A DNA stretch of 64,000 bases from Octopus bimaculoides. Lineage: Eukaryota. Location: positions 26,488,607-26,552,606 of the forward strand of contig NC_068991.1 in the NCBI RefSeq assembly GCF_001194135.2, given 5' to 3'. Under the pieces are notes generated by a model that ran no database searches, was not told the DNA's origin, and was given only the letters and a program-made list of their open reading frames with translations. Shown here piece after piece: positions 11,241 through 25,368 of this stretch (position 1 is the first letter of the stretch; each line of letters opens with the position of its first letter). The translations under genes and the position numbers were made by a program.

Positions 11241-14194
11241 ATAGTGTCATGATGTAAATGCGACAAATTTTAAAACGGCAATTTGATATTTTTGATGATT
11301 ATCTTTCATGAAGTCCAACAGCTCTAAATGATGGTTTAATGAAAGCAGCAGTGGGAAGTGACTTATCCTCAAAGGAATGGGGACATAGAGGGAGGCTTAA
11401 TAATCTCTGGCCCACTATGATAAGAGGGAGGCTTGATAATGTCTCGCCTACTTTGATAATACATGGGCTCATTCATTTGGTAAAGCTAAACCAAGATGAG
11501 AAATTTTCTAGACTGAGATTCTCTACGTCACCCACCATACTTACCAACCATAGCACCATCACATTTTCACTTATTCAGGTTACATTAACATTTTACCAGA
11601 GAAAAGGCAATCAGAAGCAGAGACGATGTTGAAATAGTAATCCAAACAAAGTTTTTACTAAAGAACCCTCATTTATTTTATTTTCATTTTTTTGCCTGAC
11701 GGACCAGAATACTGGTTCAAGGTCGGAAAAAAACTTATTTGTAAAGGTGGGGATATAGCTTAAATGTTATGACACGCGTTATGCTGATTTGAATCCATTA
11801 AATGAAATGCAATCATTAGCATATGCAACTGGTATACGCAAGGACCTTCCTCGAAGAGAGTCTTAACTAAAAGCAAGTTAAAACAAAACAACACGATGAA
11901 AGAATATTTGCACGGTTGTACGTGGTGTATAAAATCACATGTAGCAAATGTACAATATTCTATCACATACGTTTAAAAACACTTATATGCTAATCTGTCT
12001 TCCGTTAGAAATTGCATACGATAATTCCAAACCTAAGACACCCAAGTTTCCATTAACGCTACAAGAAGAAACACTGGGAACTTGAGAATAAAAGGTGCTT
12101 TTTAAATTAGTAAATACATAGCGCGTATAGTAGATCAGAGCTGTATACAGCCGATTGGGTCACTATAGCATCGCGAAACAACCTTTCATACACACTCATA
12201 TTATAGAGCAAAGACGTTAGGAACCTTCAACCTCTCCGTAGATATCCCAAAGAAGTGGTCCTACCCCTGAAATATTGAATTACCAGGTAATAGTATTAAC
12301 CATCGACCCACATTACATTTTTTTTCTAACTTGCATTATTTTGCCTTTAAGAAAGTAAAACACACACATACGTACACAGACCCAGACACAGACAACACGC
12401 GCAGGCGCTCACACACACACAAACACACACACACATACACACACACATATACACACATACATATAAATGCAATCTTGAATATCATTGGCAGAACCAATTT
12501 GTAATATACATATGTCATACACATATATATGTGCGAGTGCGTGAGTATATGCGTGTATGCATATAGATACGCACACAAACATATATNNNNNNNNNNNNNN
12601 NNNNNNNNNNNNNNNNNNNNNNNNNNNNNNNNNNNNNNNNNNNNNNNNNNNNNNNNNNNNNNNNNNNNNNNNNNNNNNNNNNNNNNNNNNNNNNNNNNNN
12701 NNNNNNNNNNNNNNNNNNNNNNNNNNNNNNNNNNNNNNNNNNNNNNNNNNNNNNNNNNNNNNNNNNNNNNNNNNNNNNNNNNNNNNNNNNNNNNNNNNNN
12801 NNNNNNNNNNNNNNNNNNNNNNNNNNNNNNNNNNNNNNNNNNNNNNNNNNNNNNNNNNNNNNNNNNNNNNNNNNNNNNNNNNNNNNNNNNNNNNNNNNNN
12901 NNNNNNNNNNNNNNNNNNNNNNNNNNNNNNNNNNNNNNNNNNNNNNNNNNNNNNNNNNNNNNNNNNNNNNNNNNNNNNNNNNNNNNNNNNNNNNNNNNNN
13001 NNNNNNNNNNNNNNNNNNNNNNNNNNNNNNNNNNNNNNNNNNNNNNNNNNNNNNNNNNNNNNNNNNNNNNNNNNNNNNNNNNNNNNNNNNNNNNNNNNNN
13101 NNNNNNNNNNNNNNNNNNNNNNNNNNNNNNNNNNNNNNNNNNNNNNNNNNNNNNNNNNNNNNNNNNNNNNNNNNNNNNNNNNNNNNNNNNNNNNNNNNNN
13201 NNNNNNNNNNNNNNNNNNNNNNNNNNNNNNNNNNNNNNNNNNNNNNNNNNNNNNNNNNNNNNNNNNNNNNNNNNNNNNNNNNNNNNNNNNNNNNNNNNNN
13301 GTATGCATTTATCTACATACATGTCCTTTCGTATATGTATGACTTCTGAATATGTTATGTGTGTGTGTAAATATATACATCCTATTTGTACATGCTAGAC
13401 AACGTCCGGTTTTGTCAGAAAGTCAATATAAATGCTTTTTCAATCTATGAATATAAAACATTCCGATGAATATGCTTAGATGCGTTTTTGTCTATGAATA
13501 AACAAAAGTTATATAAATGGAATTACATACAACTAACAAATTTGTTACAGCATATGCTAGGTGCCGTATAACTTTTAACGACTTCGTTAAATGCATCTTA
13601 ATTCGTGATTATTTGCAATATTTGCCTATGTTTTGATATCCGGAATAAAAAAAAGAACATAACAGTTGACATCATTTCTGTGTTATTTATCTAACAGCCT
13701 GTCTACCACAAATGACTGGCGTCATGTTCTTGAATGCTTCAAGTAAATTATGTCAACATCATTGAGTCATGCATCGTTATTCCACCTACTATTAACGTCT
13801 AAACAGACAAAGAAAACCATGTTTGTAGGAATTACGCATCGCAGTATATATTGTTGTTAGTCCCTCACTGAAACATCCATCGTGATATAGTTTAATCCGA
13901 AATAAACAATGTAGAAGAGCGCGTATGCATCGTACTTGTCGACTGCGTTGATTTTATTGCATTATTTGTATTTAAAATATATGCCACATCTAAATTCGAG
14001 TTATCTAATATCATAATGTATGTTATGGCTTAAAGAAGGATACTTAATGTCGAGGAACATGTAAAATCTTTACAGGTGTGCTGAGAGAATAGGGGAGGTT
14101 ATCCTCATATTTGGTACGGATGATTTCAAAAGAGTGACCAGCTAATGTAGTCAAAAGTTATTGTCTTAACCTGTGCGATAATTGAACATTGTGA

Positions 14195-14345
14195 ATGCAA
14201 CACTATGGATGTTATCGACGAAATTTCACACAGTATCCCTCCACCAAGTTTAATAACAGGGCTTTGCTTGACCTGCTGCTATAGAGCAATACACTCTCCA
14301 CGTTCCTGCAAAATAGCATCAAATATGAAATAACGTGTCGGTTCC
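14195..14345 (+). pseudogene. WSC-domain-like decayed coding segment (possible 5' part of polycystin-like fossil)
   Basis: With two frameshifts it reads HYGCYRRNFTQYPSTKF / ITGLCLTCCYRAIHS / FLQNS, resembling WSC consensus Y.GCY...MT..C...C....Y.GLQ.G..C. Confidence 0.35.
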
Positions 14346-14374
14346 CATGAATGAGGTTTATTAATATTATTATT

Positions 14375-14685
14375 TTAACGTAGTTACTCGTCACCAATTA
14401 TTGTAATAACGCTACTATTTTTGACGATACTTACTTACACTATAACCATGTAGTAAGAATAAACATGTAAGGAATCAGGGTAATAATAACGTAATAACCC
14501 AAGAAGCTATCGACGAACTATACCTGAACTAACAAACGATATTTCGACAACTATCGAAACGACACATTGGCAGTTCCTGCGATCACTGCTTACTCGCTCT
14601 GCCTCTCACTCAGACTGCTACTATTTATAATTGTTCGGTGAAGTTTATTCTCGCGGTGGGTGTCTTGACTCTCGTCACAACATCT
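14375..14685. repeat. LTR-like repeat copy 1 (diverged direct repeat of 14969-15255)
   Basis: Colinear similarity to copy 2 (gtagttactcgt...ttcctgcga...ctcgtcacaaca), TG...CA-like ends and a minus-strand TATAAATAG. Confidence 0.55.
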
Positions 14686-14968
14686 CCCGCTTTTGTAATT
14701 TCGACTTCCGAAAGAAATGAAATTTATTTTATTATTATTTGTTTCTTTCTTTCCAACACCTCCTTTTAAAATTTTCCTTTCCTAGGAAGTGCAGTACCTT
14801 TTCTTGTTGCTGATGTAGTTGTTTCAGGAACCCCTGCTATCATTCTTGCTGCTGATTTTGTAACAGTATTATAGAAGCTAATAGTTCTTCCATCATTAAC
14901 AATTTTATATCACAAAAATTTGTCAACTGACCTGCGTGAGCTTCGAATCCTAATCGTCAATTATTGTA

Positions 14969-15255
14969 ATGTAGTTACTCGTTGCCAATTATTGCAGAAT
15001 CGCCACTGTTTACACTATAACAGTGCAGTAACAAAAAGCATATAACGAAGCAGGATAACAACAGCGTAACAATCCAATAAACTTTCGACGCATCTATACA
15101 CAAATAACAGTGGATATTCCAACAACTACCAAAACGACACCTTACGACTTCCTGCGAGTAATGCCTACTCTCTGTCCCTCGCTCAGATCGCTATTATTCA
15201 TAGTCGTTCGGTCAAGTCTCTTCTCGCAGGAGGTGTCATGACTCTCGCCACAATA
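14969..15255. repeat. LTR-like repeat copy 2
   Basis: Aligns with 14375-14685 (tgtagttactcgtt...ttcctgcgag...gactctcgccaca). Confidence 0.55.
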
Positions 15256-15765
15256 TTAACATAACTAGTTTAATAAAGTATGGAAGCAAAGAGAAAAATC
15301 ACTTTAGTTGAAGACAAAATTTCCATAGTTTTGAATATTTCCCCATTTCATAAGCTAGTATAAAGTGAAATGAATTAACTCATTCATAAAACAATTATAT
15401 TCGACTTTAAACATTTGAGTGAAACAATTACTGGTGAAGAAATGAAACAACGAGCTTTACAGACCTTCATTGATTCGATTGATTATATTCTAAAAGTTTG
15501 ACCTCTTAGTGTGTTGGTTGATGCGGTATCAGCTGCATCAGATGTCAAATGGAGAGTTTGCTGTTAAGCAATATCTTTGAGTGCACTTGGTATGAATATA
15601 TATCATAGCTGAATGTTCGGCAAAAATAAAAGATCAAAGAACAGAGATTAATATATAGACATCTAGGGAAAATGCAACATATGGAATTCTGATGGAATTT
15701 TAGATTTGAAGGAATGGTAAGATAGAGAAAAATTGAGAAAAGAAACAGTTTAGAAAAAGTTTCAG

Positions 15766-15797
<32 letters not shown>

Positions 15798-15888
15798 NNN
15801 NNNNNNNNNNNNNNNNNNNNNNNNNNNNNNNNNNNNNNNNNNNNNNNNNNNNNNNNNNNNNNNNNNNNNNNNNNNNNNNNNNNNNNNN

Positions 15889-15945
<57 letters not shown>

Positions 15946-16499
15946 AAGGAGGGAGAGTACAAAAGATGTCAGGAGGCAATAAAGTTTTCGAAGAAATTAT
16001 TTATTGACTGAATATATGTTAAGAAAAGTCAGATGTCTTCTGTTCGTTTTCGTTTTGTGTGCGAATTCCCTTTCATGCAGAAGCATCAGCTGTCAAATTA
16101 TCTAATTCGATATAACAATTTCCATTTTATGAAAATACGAACATGAATATGTAAACAACGCACTTATTTTAAACGGTCACCGTTGCATTTTTAACCATGT
16201 TATGAACAAATACGATATTGGAAATAGCAAAGATTGCAGAACAATATTGCAGTATCAGGTCTGATATGCATTAATTTTGGTTTCAATTCATACCACACCT
16301 CAATACCGTGTGGATTACAAAGTGATTACTGGTAACTTATTTCGCTGTCAAGATAGATCCCCGGATCTGCTGTTAGTGAGTCTTCAGTACTGTATTTATT
16401 TGAATGTATTCAAAACACATCTCAAGTTTGTGCTTTACCCGTCCTTGTTACCAATCACACAAGTCCAGCATTATATTGATTTCAAACTTTGGCTGAAGG

Positions 16500-16690
16500 C
16501 CAGTAATTTAGGTATTGGGGTAAGCCGATTACATCAAACCCAGCAGTCAACGGGTATTTATTTTATCGACCTAAAAAAGGATGAAAGTTAAAGTTGACCT
16601 CGACGGTATTTAATCTCAGAACTTAAAGACTGACGAATTAACGCTAAGAGTTTCGCTCGGGCTGCTGACGATTCTGCCAGCTGCCGCCTC
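16500..16690 (-). mobile_element. tRNA-derived SINE family A
   Basis: Reverse complement matches the copies at 32670-33100 and 46972-47180 (ggcagctggcagaatcgtcagca...ttctgag...gaggtcaacttt...ggtcgataaaataa). Confidence 0.8.
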
Positions 16691-17694
16691 GAAGTTCAAT
16701 ATAACCATTACTGAATAAATAAACAGATTAGATCCCCGAAGTTTATTGACATACAACCTAAGTTTATCAATATATCTAAAATGAATACCGTGGTTTTAGA
16801 TTGAGTTTGTTAACGTAGAAATAAGGTTACATTTACTTATACCAGAATCTTTTCAATTTCAAGAATTTGTTAAGGCATAAATATAAACTGTTCATCCAAA
16901 ATGAGGATAATTTAACGTCTAGTGAGAACATATTTTTGTCTCTATTCAGCTTCGCAGTCTGGAATACGTAGTGTACTTGATGCACACATAAACATGTATT
17001 ACTGTGTCGGCTGTTGCAACATAAAGCATATAATTTGCCTTTGTTAGTAAACGCTACCTGAGTCATTAAAGCATTTACACTGTGTGTTATGCTCCCTGTA
17101 AACCAGAGGTATTTGATCTAGAAATTTGAATGTGGTGGAATGAAGTTTAACGTATCAAAGAAGATTAAACACAGAAATAACTTAGTGATGTCTCAACGAG
17201 TACCTTTCTTATATTGATTAATATTGTCGTATATACTATATATAATATATAGTGTTGGATTTAATCAAACAGTTCAATTTCTGTTTGCTTACTAATTTAT
17301 TTACGTGTATATTTATATAAATGCATAATTAGCAATTTTCTGAATCGAAAAACTAAAGCAGGCAAAAGAAGGTAAAAAAATATAATAAAAACAAAAGAAG
17401 AAACTATTGCAATTCTTCTGAATATTTCAGTGAAGATTTATCAATTTAATTAGAAATGTTTGGCAAAGTTAAAAAAAAATAATAAAGAATAACTAGCAAA
17501 GTAAACTACAATGAAACTAAAATAAGATTCAAAAAGGAGTCTTCAAACTATAAAAGTGAAATATGAATAACAGATACAGGGCTAAATTGAATTTTCAACA
17601 TTTAATAACGGGCACTAGATTTATGATAAATGCAATAATTGGACGAAAAAATTAAACTTAGAACTATTGAGAATAATGATGCAGATGATTAAAT

Positions 17695-17715
17695 AACAAC
17701 AACAACAACAACAGC

Positions 17716-17767
<52 letters not shown>

Positions 17768-17800
17768 TGATGGTGATGACGATGACTATGATGAATGAAT
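17695..17800. repeat. Compound (CAA)n/(TAA)n/(GAT)n microsatellite
   Basis: Directly visible. Confidence 0.9.
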
Positions 17801-17920
17801 ATGCCGACAATAATAATTGTGCCATTATTAGCATCAGACGTCCATAGATACAATAGAATGTGTTTATTAAAACCGAGTTACAAACATGCGGGTTTATGAA
17901 TGGATGCGTGTGTGTGCATA

Positions 17921-17998
<78 letters not shown>

Positions 17999-20624
17999 NN
18001 NNNNNNNNNNNNNNNNNNNNNNNNNNNNNNNNNNNNNNNNNNNNNNNNNNNNNNNNNNNNNNNNNNNNNNNNNNNNNNNNNNNNNNNNNNNNNNNNNNNN
18101 NNNNNNNNNNNNNNNNNNNNNNNNNNNNNNNNNNNNNNNNNNNNNNNNNNNNNNNNNNNNNNNNNNNNNNNNNNNNNNNNNNNNNNNNNNNNNNNNNNNN
18201 NNNNNNNNNNNNNNNNNNNNNNNNNNNNNNNNNNNNNNNNNNNNNNNNNNNNNNNNNNNNNNNNNNNNNNNNNNNNNNNNNNNNNNNNNNNNNNNNNNNN
18301 NNNNNNNNNNNNNNNNNNNNNNNNNNNNNNNNNNNNNNNNNNNNNNNNNNNNNNNNNNNNNNNNNNNNNNNNNNNNNNNNNNNNNNNNNNNNNNNNNNNN
18401 NNNNNNNNNNNNNNNNNNNNNNNNNNNNNNNNNNNNNNNNNNNNNNNNNNNNNNNNNNNNNNNNNNNNNNNNNNNNNNNNNNNNNNNNNNNNNNNNNNNN
18501 NNNNNNNTATATATAGATAGATAGATAGATAGAAAAGGTTAGACAAGAAAAGAAAGAAAGTAACCTCGATATTAGGGTTAGGGTTACATAATTATAGAGA
18601 TATTGTTTTATTGAGTTATTACTCATATATTTTTTACACCTATTTTTTCTGTATTCTACCTTCCACCCTCCATTTTTCCTGTGCGTATATAGACGTGTAT
18701 ATGGAACCTTTTGTGCACGCTTGTGGATGTGTGCCAGTGTGCGGGCATGTGCGTATATAGACGCGTGTGTGTGCGTGTATGCGTGTATGTGCGTATATAG
18801 ACGTGTTTTATTGTTATTGCTTTTTTACACATTTTTACACTTTTTTTCTGTATTTTGCCTTTAGCCCTGTTTTTTCTTGTGCATATGCGTATATAGATGT
18901 GTGTATGAATCTTCTTTGTGTGCGTGTGTGTGTGCGAGCGTGTATGCGGGTATGTATATATTTTTTGGCGAATGTGTGATTGAGCATGTGTATGTTTCAA
19001 GTGAGGGTGGATGAATATATGCATATAGGCGCATGTACGTGGGTGTGCAGGCGCAAATGTGTATGCATGGACTTGTGTGCTTATGCGAATACTACGGACA
19101 TTTTTATTCCCTTACCTTTACTCCCTCCCCTCACTTAGCGGTCATTCTAATAGCTCTTTTGTTTCAATAACGGTCAATCACACAGTAATATCCCTTTGTT
19201 TAACGGTCATTTTCATAGCACTTTTCGATGGCCAGATAACTGAAGAGATGCTGTCGTGGGTTTCTGCACCGATATCCGAAACTCGGTGTTTTTATAACGG
19301 CTATAATTGTCACATATTATTTACAGATATATATATATATATATATACATATATATGGTCTGGCTTAATAAGAATGTCCTGAAATTTTGAGCTTTTTACC
19401 AAATTCGATAGAAGAAGCGAAAGTTTTTTTTACTCCATACGGGAATCCACCAATTTTAAATCTATATTTTCCTATGGCTGTCACTGTAGTATTTAGAAAT
19501 TTGAGAATTGTATACTCTCAACTTGCCGTCTAATTTGCTCATATTGCATCTTTGTTTTTCTGGTTTGGATTTCGAATTTTGTTTCGTTAAGTATCTTATA
19601 TATTTTGCATAGTATGCGACTATAACAAAGATTTTTTCCTTTAAGTTTATAACATCAAGGTAAATTTTAAAACTGATACTATTAGTTTAAGCCCTTTAAA
19701 AATGACCAATGATCACTTACCGGTGGCAGGATAGTAGTTGTAGATTTATTGCAAAGATCCTTTTGTCTGGGATCTTGAAGTTTTGGCTACATTTTGCAGG
19801 CGATTCTTGGCGATCTAGTCAGATTCGACTTGATTATAACTTTATTATAACTACGGCTGTTAGACATTGCTTTTTTGTTCATGGTTGTATTGTCTTCCTT
19901 TCCACTTGATTTTAACTGCACATTTAAATCATTGATATAATTGTACTTCTGAAAATAGTTTCTTTAACTTAGGAGTGCGATGGGCACGGAAATTAATTTT
20001 AGGTCTTGGTTATTACTTTCAAGAAACTATATATGAATGTATTTGTGGAGAGAGTGCTGCTGTAAAATACGCATGTAGCAAAAAACAAAACAAAAAAGTA
20101 TTCCTCCAACATTTTATTATCCGCAGAATTTATGTAGTGAGTATCCTGGATTTAGATTATTATAATTTGCATCGGCTATCGGGTGATTCGATAAGTTGTG
20201 CAATTTCTGTACAATTCATTCATTGTACTAAATATATAAATACTGCCTTTTTAAGGTTTGGCCAAATTCAACGCTCAATACGTTGTCATTTTCTAAAGAT
20301 GGGTTAGATTTCAACTTGTGCATGGTTAACAGTTTTAGACAAAGCGGTGTATATCCTATTTGCAATAACATTATTTATATATTACTGCTATGATTGGAAA
20401 GAGAAATGACAATGTGTTCCATCAATAACTTCATGTGGATTCTACACAATTATACATCAGCATTTCTGTCGCTTGTCTTCGAATATATTCATTTCGTATT
20501 CATCAATATAAATATATTTGAGTATAATGAAATAGCGATGTATTCTTCGTATTCATGACGAATAATTTTCTCTTCATTATTGTTAATTAAGCAAACAAAA
20601 TTAAAAAAAAGTAAACAGTAAATG

Positions 20625-21975
20625 TTATTATTATCATTATTATTATTTGATGAAAATTCTCGACTTCTTTTGTGGGTACGATGGAAAGTGTCAGCTGTCC
20701 ACTGCCAGCTGACAAAGATTACACTTGTTTACTGGTCATGCTTCAGAGAACCCTGCTAAGAATTCTTACAGTTCCAAGAAATGATGATTTTTTTTTATAG
20801 GTGTTCTATCTTTACATTTGTACCAATCTTTTTGAGTTATGTCAGTAATTGAGAGCTGATACTTCCAAGCGCGCCACTTAATATTGGTATCGCGTGTATT
20901 CTCCTTATTCAACACAATCTGCGTATTTCCCACTTCAAATCGTTGTAGTTGTTCAGTTTTTCTTCTTCCCCTTTGATGCCGTTGACAGCGGGACATGCTA
21001 TGTCGATTATCAAGCAAGTTGTGTTTTTATTCGCCACAACAATGTCCGGCATCCGATGTCTAGTAACGTGGTCACACTGAATCATTGCATCAGACAAGAT
21101 TTTACAATGTTAATTCTTAGTGGCTCCTTCTGGGGTTTGCACACACCACGTCTTTACTCTTTATAGGCAGTTATAACCACAGAGATTCCAGTGGATTATT
21201 CTTGCCACATGTCGTCTTTTGTAATTGCTTTGTTCCAACTTCAGGCATTCGCTTACGATGTGCCATACCATTTCACTCCTCTCATCATACATTCTACATT
21301 TGTCGCTCTCGGTTGTGTTGTCGATTCTGCACTTCACATAAAAGCACCCTTAATACTTGATCTCGTGTTGCACATTTAAGTGATTCTGTCACTATCTACA
21401 TGTCACTCCACCTCATCCATAGCCACCGGTCTTCTGTATCGATCTTGGTGCTGGTATCTCTTGCAAACTGGCTGTACTTTTTTTCTCCTTTAATGTTAAT
21501 TCTGTTTTTGTGTTCTTTTCCTCTTCAAGTTTTTCTATCTTTACACAATTATAAATTTTGATGACGCCGGACTTCTTGACATATTTCAACAACGGTTCCA
21601 CGCCATTTTTATATACCACATGAAGCTGTTTTCCTTTGCTTCGATACAATCCTGGAAACTGACCAATCCTCTCCAACCTTTTCTTCTGGACAAGTACAGC
21701 TTACCGATGTCACTCTTAGGGTGGAAAGCTCCATGTGCTGTCAATATTTTTCTTGTCTTCGTATCATGTTCACCAGTTCTATCTTTTTTTTTTTTTTTTG
21801 CCATTATACGATTCTATATCCATACCGAAGTGATACTATCGCCCATATACTAACTGCTTTTACGTAACATTTTGAATCAGTCATGAACAAAAGTCATGAA
21901 AGCAACTGCCTGATACGGCATTAGGCCGAGTAATCATCTTAAATCTTCGTTTAAACATTATAAGCTCGGCGCCAA
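20625..21975 (-). mobile_element. R4/Dong-like non-LTR retrotransposon (RT thumb, CCHC finger, restriction-like endonuclease, 3' UTR, TAA tail)
   Basis: Minus strand reads AVSIWAIVSLRYG, TRKILTAHGAFHPKSDIGKLYLSRRKG, CRM...HIVSEC, IIHWNLC and QCDHVTRHRMPDIVVANKNTTCLIIDIACP...EKLNNYNDLKWEIRRL, ending in (TAA)n near 20625-20647. Confidence 0.88.
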
Positions 21976-21984
21976 CTTCTGAAA

Positions 21985-23220
21985 CTATTATTATTTTGGT
22001 TTGGCTTAAGTTCGGTCTTATTCCTGGTAGGGATTATGTGGATAACGTGTCACGTCCTGTAATCTTAGGTATCCACAAGTTCTCAGTAGTCTTAGAAGTG
22101 TTCAGAACCTTCCTGATAATCCGCTGTCCGTAAGAGACAAACCTTCTGTGGGAGCTCTACCGATCATTCTATCTCAATCGCCTTCAGCCATGCATCTATA
22201 TCTTGACTTATTGTTCCCAACGCACCAATTATTATAGGCAAAACCTTTACTGTGCTCCTGATCCAAGTTCTTCCTGCTTCAAATTTAAGGGACTGAATTT
22301 TTTCTTTTGTTTTTCTTCTTTCTTTACGAGCCTAGAATCAAGCTGGCGTGACGGGTGGATAAGTAAGCAACTTCGCTTTTCCTTATCTACAATCGTTATA
22401 TCTGGTTTATTATTTTCTAATTTCTTGTCTGTTTGAATAAGAAAGTCACACAAAATCTTACATTTCTCCGTCTCCAGTACGCTTTCAACTCGATGATTCT
22501 ACAATATGCTGTGTTTCCCGCTTCAAATACTCATTTCTGGCACAATGTCCAATGTAAAATGTTTACAACATAGTCGTACTTCCATTTCTGATATACTTCC
22601 TGTGCCAATTTGGGGTATTCTTCCACAATGTGTGCCACTGTCTCGTTCCACGTTTCAGAGACTCCACATTGTTCTGACACATTCTCTTCGCATATATTTT
22701 TTCTCAAGTTGTGTGTTTTTATCGCTTGAGTTTGGGATGCTACAGTAAGGCTCTCTGTTTCTTATTTTAATTGAACCATTTTTAACCAAACCCAGGATTT
22801 TGTTCCACATACGTCTTCAGTGGCCCTACAAAATTGGCCAGGCAGAGGCTTCTCTTCGATCTATCTGACATTCTTTTTGTATTTCATTCTTGTCCTTTTC
22901 TTATATTATGCGCTTCATCTCCTGTTATTTCTTAACTACCTTCAGTAGTTTTTTTTAGCTCCTCCGTAAATACACTACAAGTCTTTTTCTTTCCATCTGT
23001 ACACATTCTTCCACTGCTGTTAAGTCTCTTCCGCCCTCGTCTCTCCTCAAGTACAGCCGGTTGATACCAGCTTTCGGATGGTGGGCTCCATACGTCGTCA
23101 ACAACTTCCTAGATTTTTCTGTCAAGTTATTTTATTTCCTTTCTGGTCCAGTCTATTATTCAAACTCTATATCTGATCACGGGTACTGCTCCTGAATTTA
23201 CTGCTTGTATGAGATTTATG
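21985..23220 (-). mobile_element. Second R4/Dong-like fragment (different subfamily) with its own 3' UTR and short TAA tail
   Basis: RKLLTTYGAHHPKAGINRLYLRRDEGGR, SWVWLK...ETESLTVASQTQAIKT, CDFLIQTDKKLENNKPDITIVDKEKRSCLLI, RTARIIRKVL, then aataataatag at about 21985. Confidence 0.88.
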
Positions 23221-24000
23221 GACAAAGAAAAAAGATGGCTGTGAATTACTAAAAGTAATTTAAAACCGAAACGGAGGCTCTACTTTGTGCTACCCAAGAG
23301 CAAGTGTTAAGTACCAATTAGTCCTAAATGTTTCATCTTAGGCAGCTATTAACACACTTTCTATCTCCCTCTTCAGCATTCCTTACTGCAGTCATAACCA
23401 TGTCTCAGTTCTCCTATTTGCTGAAACTATCTTTGGGAATCCACCATATAAGTAATGTTGACAGAAAATTCCGAAACTTGTTGACAATGCGTAGAATGCA
23501 GCACACTAAGGCAAATATAAAAAGACTTTACCTGCCACGAAAAGATGGCCGTGTGCTTTTACAATTGGAACTAACAATGAAGATTGCCACAGTTGGCCTG
23601 AACACCTACCTGAAAAACTCTGACAACTGGAAGTTAAATCTTGTTTTAAAGCACGAAAACAAGAAGGCATCATACTCAGTAACAAAGCAGGAAAGGGAAT
23701 ATCTAAGTGACTTCCAAATACAACGAATCTCACAATTAGATGTACTGGAAACAAGCACAGAAAAAGCTAAGCGTATGCAATCCCGTGCTAAATCTGCTAC
23801 CTTAGATATTCTTACTGATAAATGGCAAGAAAAACCTCTCAATGCCCAAATAGAGCTAACAATGCCAATGTTGACAAAGCCCTTATCCATGAATTGTTAG
23901 TGTCTTCTGGCTTAAAGTCAGAAACAGAAGGGTTTATCATAGCAGCCCAAGATCAATGCCTGCCTACAAGAAACTACCAAGCCAACATATTAAAAAGGGC
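23221..24000 (+). mobile_element. R4/Dong-like fragments on + strand (about 23221-23320 and 23330-24000)
   Basis: TEALLCATQEQVLSTN; DRKFRNLLTMRRMQHTKANIKRLYLPRKDG; LKSETEGFIIAAQDQCLPTRNYQANILK. Confidence 0.85.
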
Positions 24001-24013
24001 AGTTGGCCAACAT

Positions 24014-24270
<257 letters not shown>

Positions 24271-24610
24271 TGCTGTCATCTTCTGGTATTGATACATCAA
24301 TTAGAAAGCATTTTTTTTCTTCATGATCTTTGACAACTATATCTGGTCTATTTGCCTTAATTTCTCTATCTGTGTGTATTGGCATATCCCAGAGTATGGT
24401 TGCTTTCTCGTTTTCTGTGACCTTTTCTGGCGTGTGTTTATACCGTCTTTTTTCTGTTGTTATTCCATAGTGTTGGCATAGCTTCCAGTGTATATAGGTC
24501 CCAGCTCTGTCGTGTCTGTGAATATATTCCTTCTTAGCCAGGACTGGGCATCCAGAGATAATATGATTTATTGTTTCTTGTCGATCTTCACATATTCTAC
24601 AGTTACATAA
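24271..24610 (-). mobile_element. R4/Dong-like fragment (CCHC finger to start of endonuclease)
   Basis: CRICEDRQETINHIISGCPVLAKKEYIHRHDRAGTYIHWKLCQHYG...ILWDMPIHTDREIKANRPDIVVKDHEEKKCFLIDVSIPED. Confidence 0.9.
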
Positions 24611-25368
24611 TTATTTCTTTCATTCGTATTGTTTGCGAAATGAATGCATCATGTAGCTGAAAATAACAAGTGGTAAATATAATACTTCCTCTTGCTGATT
24701 GCGCGCATACGTGTCTATGCTTATTTTTCACTCTTATCGAAAAAAAACTTATGAACAGGCAAAATCTAAAGCACCAATCCTATTTTTCTTTCTTGAACAT
24801 CAAGAAATACGTGAAAAGCAAAATTCACATGTTTATGTTTCGATGTGTTTGTGCATGTGTGTGTATGTGTTCATGTATGTATGAATGTAAGAGTATAACA
24901 TATTTTACCATACGTTGCGTTTATATTTTTGTACAACTTTAAATAAATAAGTAAATACTAACATAAATATATGCATATTTCTTTGTGATTTATAATTCTT
25001 GTATAAGCATTTTAGCGATATTGTGTTTTCAAAGGCATAACGCGCACGAAGGGAGCGGCTTTTTGTAAATGGTAAAACAATCCCATACTAAGTGAAGAGA
25101 AACAACAAAAAAAAACTAATACAGTATGAAAGAAGAGACGTACATTGTGGTACTATAGCCAAACTGAAATCAAAGTAAATACAATATCGTTAGGAACAAA
25201 CGAAAAAGAACTATTTGAAAACAAACATTACAATAGCTTTCCGCAATACAAAATTTGGACTCCTTACATCATATAATGCAAGCACGCACGCGCACACACA
25301 CGCATGTATGTATGTATGTATGTGTGTGTGTGTATGTATGTATGTATGTATGTATGTATGTATGTATG

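Noticed and set aside
11385-11460. About 36-bp unit repeated twice (agagggaggctt.ataat)
   Set aside because: A simple small tandem duplication with no further structure.
10105-13398. Long ORFs of 200-350 aa in the track (also near 18, 30.5, 32.4, 37, 46, 60 and 62 kb)
   Set aside because: They consist of N runs and microsatellite translations (HT, YI, CV, LS repeats) and are not coding.
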